NCBI GenBank assembly: GCA_002633005.1
Contig: NMRA01000007.1
Span: 2,029,642-2,093,641 of the forward strand
Length of the DNA stretch: 64,000 nucleotides
Source of the DNA: Phoronis australis
Lineage: Eukaryota > Animalia > Phoronida
Direction: 5' to 3'
Shown here: piece after piece, positions 57,483 to 64,000 of the stretch
Layout of the letters: the number at the start of each line of letters is the position of its first letter
How positions within the stretch are numbered: the stretch's first letter is position 1
The notes under the pieces: model-generated
Seen by the model: only the letters and a program-made list of their open reading frames with translations
Told to the model about the DNA's origin: nothing
The model's database searches: none
Program-made: the position numbers and the translations under genes

Positions 57483-58202
57483 CACAGGCGTCCTCAGCTT
57501 CTGATCCCCTAATACACCATATATAATACTACAAGGTAATGTATGACACTCCCGACCAGAAATTCCACGGGTGCTTCACTTCAGCCGTCCATATCAAGCA
57601 CAAAACTCAATGAATTTACACAAAATAAGGTTTCAACAAACCATTAGCAATCGTTCTTTCTTCTAATACCATTCACACGGTGTCCTGCTCCAGCGAGATC
57701 GCAAAAAATTCGTGGTCAAAGCATAAAAATGTTCCCAAAAAGCCAACCCATTGAGCCTCCTTGGACGGTTCGAGGTCAAGGGCGGTACGGCAATTGCCGA
57801 TTTGTCACGGAGTGTCATGACATCGATAACTCCAAACCATTTCGTAATCTTCCGTGATGAACCGGCAATTGCCACCCATCTGTAACTCATCGGATAATTC
57901 CGTACTGTCCTTGACATCGAACTGTCCAAGGAGGCTCGATGCGTTGACTTTTTGGGAACATTTTTGTGCTTTGACCGCGAATTTGTTGCAATCTCGTTGG
58001 AGCAGGATACCGTGAATGGTATTAGAAGAAAGAACAATTGCTAATGGTTTGTTGAAACCTTGTTTTGTGTAAATTTATTGAGTTTTGTGTTTGATATGGA
58101 CGGCTGAAGTGAAGCACCCGTGGAATTTCTGATCGCAAGTGCCATACCTTGTAGTATTATATATAGTGTATTGGAGAGGATCAGAAGCTGAGGATGCCTG
58201 TG
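57483..58202. mobile_element. 720-bp non-autonomous DNA transposon with about 265-bp TIRs and an 8-bp TSD
   Basis: Ends CACAGGC...GCCTGTG; identical flanks CTTTCAAC at 57475-57482 and 58203-58210; the arms are clearly inverted. Confidence 0.92.
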
Positions 58203-58709
58203 CTTTCAACACAATCAACCGCCTGAGAATTATGCCTTATGGAAAAATAAGTAATATTCGGTAATAGTCGGATAACATGGTCCCATTTCAAATTCTGTCA
58301 GGAATACTTAAAAAATAAAATGAAGTGTCGCAATATACAATTACCCACTCTCATGGATCACGCGCGCCACTCTACTCACACTTTTTCGTGAAATCTACAT
58401 CATTTGAGAAGATACGCGACAAATTATGTTCGCCTCCCGAGCGTTTTTCCTCGATCCAAGATGTCCGCCAATGAACTCACGTTCGCGAGAGGACCGGCGT
58501 TGTTCTCGCGAACGGGGTCACGTTCGCGAGAGAACACGTGTTGTCTTCTCGCAAACGCAAACTAACTAACGTTCGCAAGAGTCCAAAAATGAACCCAATG
58601 AGAAAACGCAAAACTCCAACTTAGTTAAAAGAGATTTTTAAAAAAGGTTTTGTCGTTTCACCCGCTGATGACGTCATACCCCACTGTGCCAGGGTAGCAT
58701 AAATAATGA

Positions 58710-59142
58710 NNNNNNNNNNNNNNNNNNNNNNNNNNNNNNNNNNNNNNNNNNNNNNNNNNNNNNNNNNNNNNNNNNNNNNNNNNNNNNNNNNNNNNNNNNN
58801 NNNNNNNNNNNNNNNNNNNNNNNNNNNNNNNNNNNNNNNNNNNNNNNNNNNNNNNNNNNNNNNNNNNNNNNNNNNNNNNNNNNNNNNNNNNNNNNNNNNN
58901 NNNNNNNNNNNNNNNNNNNNNNNNNNNNNNNNNNNNNNNNNNNNNNNNNNNNNNNNNNNNNNNNNNNNNNNNNNNNNNNNNNNNNNNNNNNNNNNNNNNN
59001 NNNNNNNNNNNNNNNNNNNNNNNNNNNNNNNNNNNNNNNNNNNNNNNNNNNNNNNNNNNNNNNNNNNNNNNNNNNNNNNNNNNNNNNNNNNNNNNNNNNN
59101 NNNNNNNNNNNNNNNNNNNNNNNNNNNNNNNNNNNNNNNNNN
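58710..59142. other. Assembly gap (N run)
   Basis: Run of N. Confidence 1.
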
Positions 59143-60189
59143 ATAAACGAATAAAACTAAGAAATTCATCGAGCTAAAATGACGCACTGCTGAACTGGAT
59201 GAATTGTTTCTAAGTTTACGAAAAACGTTTGATATTATTGAATGGTCCAGTGCTATAACTCGTATATTTGACAATCTTATTAATTTATTATAAAATAAAA
59301 CTTGACTGGTTATTCGAAACTTTCACAAAAAATCGTGTCGCTTGGATACCAGCTTGACATATACAAGTATATGTTGTCATACGAACAGCATGCCGGAGAA
59401 CACGGCTATAAACTATTGCCCCATGATATAAATAAGTTCACATATACGGGAGAAATAGGTTATCCTACATACATTGGAATACTACCGCTTTGGTTCCGTT
59501 GGGACATAGTCAGATGAAAGGAATTCTCAATAATATTTGGTAGTAGTATTCCTGTGTATGTGGGATAACCCATATATGTATGCTATTCGAGGTACAGTTC
59601 GTGTGAGTATTCTTGTTAGTAACATAGAGGCTTGTTATATATTTGCTGTGCGTGAACTTAATCTCTAGATAGCGTATGCGACAACTTGGAAATGAATACT
59701 GATTTGGATTTTGTTCAGTGCAAAGAATTTTTGGAATAATGGACTTCTCGTCCATCCATTTTCTCCATATGTTTACTGTAACTTGTGTCAAAGAATCTGG
59801 GAAATATTGTTTGGTGAATAATAAGATCGTCAATAACTGAGGGAACTTGTCAAGTTTCTTCGTGTATTCCAACTTCACGCATACGTGATCTTAAGATTTT
59901 GCGAGTTTCCAAGTTCACGTGCAGCAAATTGACTAATCTGTTGCTGTGTATTCTCTATTGCTCTCCTGCAGTGTCATTTCTCCTAACAGCCGGTTGACAC
60001 CCCCCTCTCGCTGCATGAGCCATATGAGGACCTGGATACAAATGGCATGTATTACTTAAGTGACTACGCATCATTTATATTTAGGAAGTCAATATCGCAA
60101 ATTATCTGTGGTGGTAGTCGGGCATGTTTTGCCTTCAGCCCCGTTAACTTGGTTCCTTTTACTCATAGGGGGGAAACAGAGTACACAAA

Positions 60190-60319
60190 GGGTTCAGTAA
60201 CGCTAGGTCCTTGTTAAAAAGAAAGACTTTGCGAGATTACTTAAGACATTGCCGTGTATTTCATATAAGAATGTGTGACCTTGGCTAGATTTTAGCGAGG
60301 TCCTAGCGTTACTGAACCC
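60190..60319. mobile_element. MITE, sibling of 39144-39265
   Basis: gggttcagtaacgctagg...cctagcgttactgaaccc. Confidence 0.8.
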
Positions 60320-60369
60320 CATACAGGTTTTCCAAATTCGTGCATTACATATCCGACTAAACTACCCTT

Positions 60370-61460
60370 TATTTATTCCAACCATAACACACAGTACTTT
60401 CACCGTAAAATGACGGTGTCAGTCTCTCACAGTAATCCTCTGCACATTGCAGGTCTACCGCCGAATTAAAGGCATCTTCAAAAGAGATTTAGGCATAGAA
60501 TTAACTCAGGTCAATAAATAGAAATCTACGTTTCGTATGCTCTATGACTATTTTCCTGATAAAATAAGAGTTCAAAATCCTTATACCTCTGGAACGTAGA
60601 CGTCCATTTCTGCGGTCAAGTTACGGGAGTTTTTGGTGGGCGGACTCATTTCTCTAATCTTCTGAAGCAGACAGTCGTACTGAAATGCAACGTACGTAAA
60701 CATGTAATGGCAAACACGATAAAAAAATAAAGTATACATTATTACGTAACCTGCTCTTCGGTATAATTGTTGTTATTTAAACGTCACAGAACACCTGTGC
60801 CCGCCTGAAACCAATGGAATTTATTGTCTTCTCAAAAATATCTTCCTTGTTCGTACTTGTGATATTGAAACAAGGTAAACTTCATATGCTGCCATTATTT
60901 GGAAGACATTCAGTTTAGGTCCAATTTCACAACACCTGGGCGTAGGTGCCTCGAAATTAGCCACCTGCAAAATTTAATTTCAGATGGAAGACATGTGTCG
61001 TGCCAACTTACCACATTTGCAGGCAAGTACCCCATTCCGTTTAACTCGGGGTGTTTAATCGCCTGGGCCTGCGCGCAAGATCCCGAGAGATGCGCATCCA
61101 TCCTCCAGGAGGGTATCCTTTGTGCTCTGACATCTCTTATGTATTTTCGTATGCCACTTGCGTTCTTGTTGACTATTTTTGTCAATTCCCTTTTAGTTTG
61201 AGGTTTCCTAAAACAACCAAAGAAAACGCTATTTTACTTGGTGAAGAACAGACAAAACAAATATCAACTGGACACAACAGCTTAGAAAATTTTTATCCCT
61301 AATAAAATTGTCAACCAAATATCCTGACAAAGCCAAGCTGTAGGAATCTTCACCTTAAAGGTGTTCGTGCTTTTCTTTAACAACAGTAATCCAAGGGCAA
61401 CTCAAGTACGTTGACTTTTTGGTGGTGCGTGTATTCGATTAAAACGTACTGTTGCGTCAT
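60370..61460 (-). pseudogene. Decayed spliced gene of unknown function
   Basis: ATG at 61460; exon 61460-61354 (one in-frame TAA) joins in phase to an exon starting at 61207 (KPQTKRELTKIVNKNASGIRKYIRDVRAQRIPSWRMDAHLSG...); a further AG/GT-bounded exon at about 60680-60587 (YDCLLQKIREM...DVYVPE). Confidence 0.45.
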
Positions 61461-61535
61461 GGTGTATGCTATGTAACAAACATACAATTATGAAACTGCA
61501 TTTGACATTTTCCAATTAATGCTAAGAAAAATCTC

Positions 61536-61770
61536 TTACTGAAGCCACACGTAGGGGTGGACGCTCTTGCATCCGCAGTGCACGTGTGCAGCCTCGCATT
61601 CTTCACCTGGATTTACACTCAAGCAATATTGGTGTAACCACCTCCCACAGTCGTCACACTGGATCCAGTCCCGCTGGGTGCGGTCCTGGCAGTGACCAAG
61701 CGACTGAGCGAGGCAGTTGTTGTTCCGAGTGTTCCTTGCACGTGATATACAAGGAACTATGTGGCATAGC
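61536..61770 (-). CDS. Terminal exon encoding a PHD-finger-like domain
   Basis: Acceptor ttttgcag at 61771; C..C...WIQCDDCGRWLHQYC...HCGC pattern, then stop. Confidence 0.6.
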
Positions 61771-62682
61771 CTGCAAAACATTGATGATTAAATGCACTTG
61801 GGTGCCCACATGTTATGCAAATAATTCATGGTTAATATTTTCCGTGATTTCAGTGGCTTCAAAAATTTTGCAATTATATATGAACTTTGGCGCCATTTAC
61901 GCTCTGACACTCCCTTATTCCCCAAATTTACGAACAATTATTACTTTATCCAAACACTTACTAGAGCAGGCGCGACCTAACAGATACAAGGAGCCCTAGC
62001 GATTATGAAATTCTTTTGCTACTTGATACTGTAGAGTGAAGCCTACAAAATTTTGATAGTTCTCTATATTGTTATACACACCTATTGCCAGATTGGCTGG
62101 GTATTCGTGTGGGCACCATTGCCAAGGACACTGGGCTTTTGTTGTTTATTTTACCGCCATATACTCGCAGTTGACCTCTCGCCCAGACTTTGACCTCTCT
62201 TTCGATGTACATACTTGAAGCCAGGAACTGGACTGGGCCTAGACATAAAGGATTACGAATTATGACCCCTCCCCCAGGTGACACCTTTCCGCTGGTAGTC
62301 TAATTGCCAATCAACTCAGATCCCCTCCGTCAGTGGTTGCACGCCCATTCACGCGCACGCTAGATTTTTCACCAAAATGCTGAACGACAGGCCTAGTGAT
62401 TTTTTACCTAATTAGTGGAAGTCTCTCCTTTTCTTGGGGGTCATTTTTTTCTCTCGCGAACGTGAGTTAGTTTGCGTTCGGGAGAAGACAATTTTAGTCC
62501 TCTCGCGAACATCATTTCTTTTGCGTTCGCAAGAAGTAAATATTTGTCTTCTCACGAACGTGAGTTTGTTCGACCATATATTGGATTGATGGAAAACGCT
62601 CGGTGCAGGCGAACATATTTTGTCAAGTATTTTCTCAAATGATGTCTTTTTCACGAAACGGTGAGTCAAAAGTGATGGTTAA

Positions 62683-63115
62683 AACGGCCAAACGAAAGAA
62701 GTTCTTTAAAATTCCCCTTGGTTTAGATGAATCCAACCTTGCCCCACCCCCACATATTATACATACGCCCACTGCTTAATTACTAGGTCTCCCTCCTAGC
62801 TCAGTATCCGCTGATTGCACGACCACCGGTATTACCGACGCTGTGGGTAATTTTTTCACGGGGACATCGATAATGTATGCTACAATTAAGGCGATATGCA
62901 TAGTTGTATATTATGGAATAAGCGGGATAACGGCAAAACGACAAAACGTCTTTTAAATATCCCTTTGATTTAGACGAGTCCATTCCCCCACCCTCCAAAC
63001 ACACACCCATTCGTTGCTAGGTCCCCCCCTCCTCCGTATCCTCTAATTGCATGACCCACGATCTACCGGCGTAATTATGGGGCATTTTTTCACGGAGACG
63101 TTATTTATGCTACAA
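62683..63115 (+). repeat. Diverged direct repeat with a period of about 245 bp
   Basis: aacggc(c/a)aaacga...ccc(c/t)ttg(g/a)tttaga...ttgca(c/t)gacc...tttttcacgg(g/a)gac...atgctacaat at 62683-62885 and 62929-63115. Confidence 0.7.
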
Positions 63116-64000
63116 TGGGCCGTATAGGGAGCAGGGAGGCCGTGGGGGGCACGTACCTCACTTCTCAAAAATATTTAGGCGTCAGGGTTAAACCGAGGCA
63201 ACCAGGCGTTGGGCGGGAAAAGTCGAGAAAAGAAATGCTGCTAAATAGGGACAAGAGAGAAAATTCAAGAGAACATTTAACAACTCTGTATCAGTGCATG
63301 ATTCACCTTTTGGGATCGTGGCCATGAAATTGTTGTTAAGGTCTCCGCTTTTGCAGTACAGGTCGTCTAAAGGCACTTGAAAACGTGGGCGTCACCATTC
63401 ATACATATATTTCGAAGATCGAGAAAATTATTAAAGCCAAGGTTTTGCAGAGTATTAATTTAATGGATTTTTAAATTCAATAAGTCAATTTTGCGAATGT
63501 AAAACCATATATTTTCAGAGGCCCTTCTCTGGCAAGTAATAACGGAGGCAACAGTAGGTTTATTTTTGTTCTCGAAAATTGATGACCTGACAGAAAACAT
63601 CAATTGCTGCGCATTTCTATATTTTTGAAAATTTAGACATTTTCATATTTAGGGGCCCCGCCCTTGAAGGAGGCTATTGATGACATTCAAGTGGCAACCC
63701 TTGTTGTTTTTTATTGACAAATTCTTGAGGGGTCGCTCACGGAGAGAGAGCCCAATTTTGGAATCGATTACCTTTAATTTGTTTTCTTTTGTGAAATCGT
63801 GCAACCGACTTTCATGTTGAAGAAAGTAACTTCCTGCAGCGGTGGAATGAACTGTCACTCTTTTCTAAGCTTAATGGCTTTTAGTCTTTCATCTAAAGAT
63901 GTCCCATTTCAGGCAGGAACTTCTCTCGGTACGTGGAGCAGTTCGAGGGGAAATGTCCTTTGTCCCTTCATACATGTAAATCCGACAAGTATTCACGAGG

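Larger units (their letters stand above)
58373..62667. mobile_element. Putative about 4.3-kb element bounded by about 250-bp diverged inverted repeats
   Basis: 58373-58622 is the diverged reverse complement of 62412-62667; both contain repeated CTCGCGAACG(TGAGT) units; the span includes an assembly gap. Confidence 0.55.

Noticed and set aside
57663-58037. 124-aa ORF
   Set aside because: Lies within the TIRs and core of a non-autonomous element; no transposase motifs.
58621-59274. 217-aa and 146-aa ORFs in the track
   Set aside because: Artefacts of translating through the N gap.

Overview
AT-rich, intron-containing animal DNA, probably from an invertebrate (the taxon cannot be established from the sequence). 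Two complete housekeeping genes lie head-to-head about 6.4 kb apart. SRP54 is on the minus strand (13 coding exons, 17159..8804, 504 aa). The protein phosphatase 1 catalytic subunit, beta type, is on the plus strand (7 coding exons, 23590..34665, 326 aa). All their exons were read by hand and join in frame at GT-AG introns. The rest is dominated by mobile-element debris: many MITEs; a Helentron-like element holding an array of CTCF-like motifs; a LINE 3' remnant; an apparently intron-containing pogo fossil; a ~7 kb scrambled array of Ginger/GIN-type DD35E integrase fragments fused to piggyBac sequence; a Tc1/mariner end; and a ~4.3 kb segment bounded by inverted repeats that carries decayed spliced genes, one with a PHD finger. 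There is also an unidentified multi-exon minus-strand gene or pseudogene at about 50.8-55.6 kb. An assembly gap lies at 58710-59142. No rRNA, tRNA or CRISPR array is supportable.
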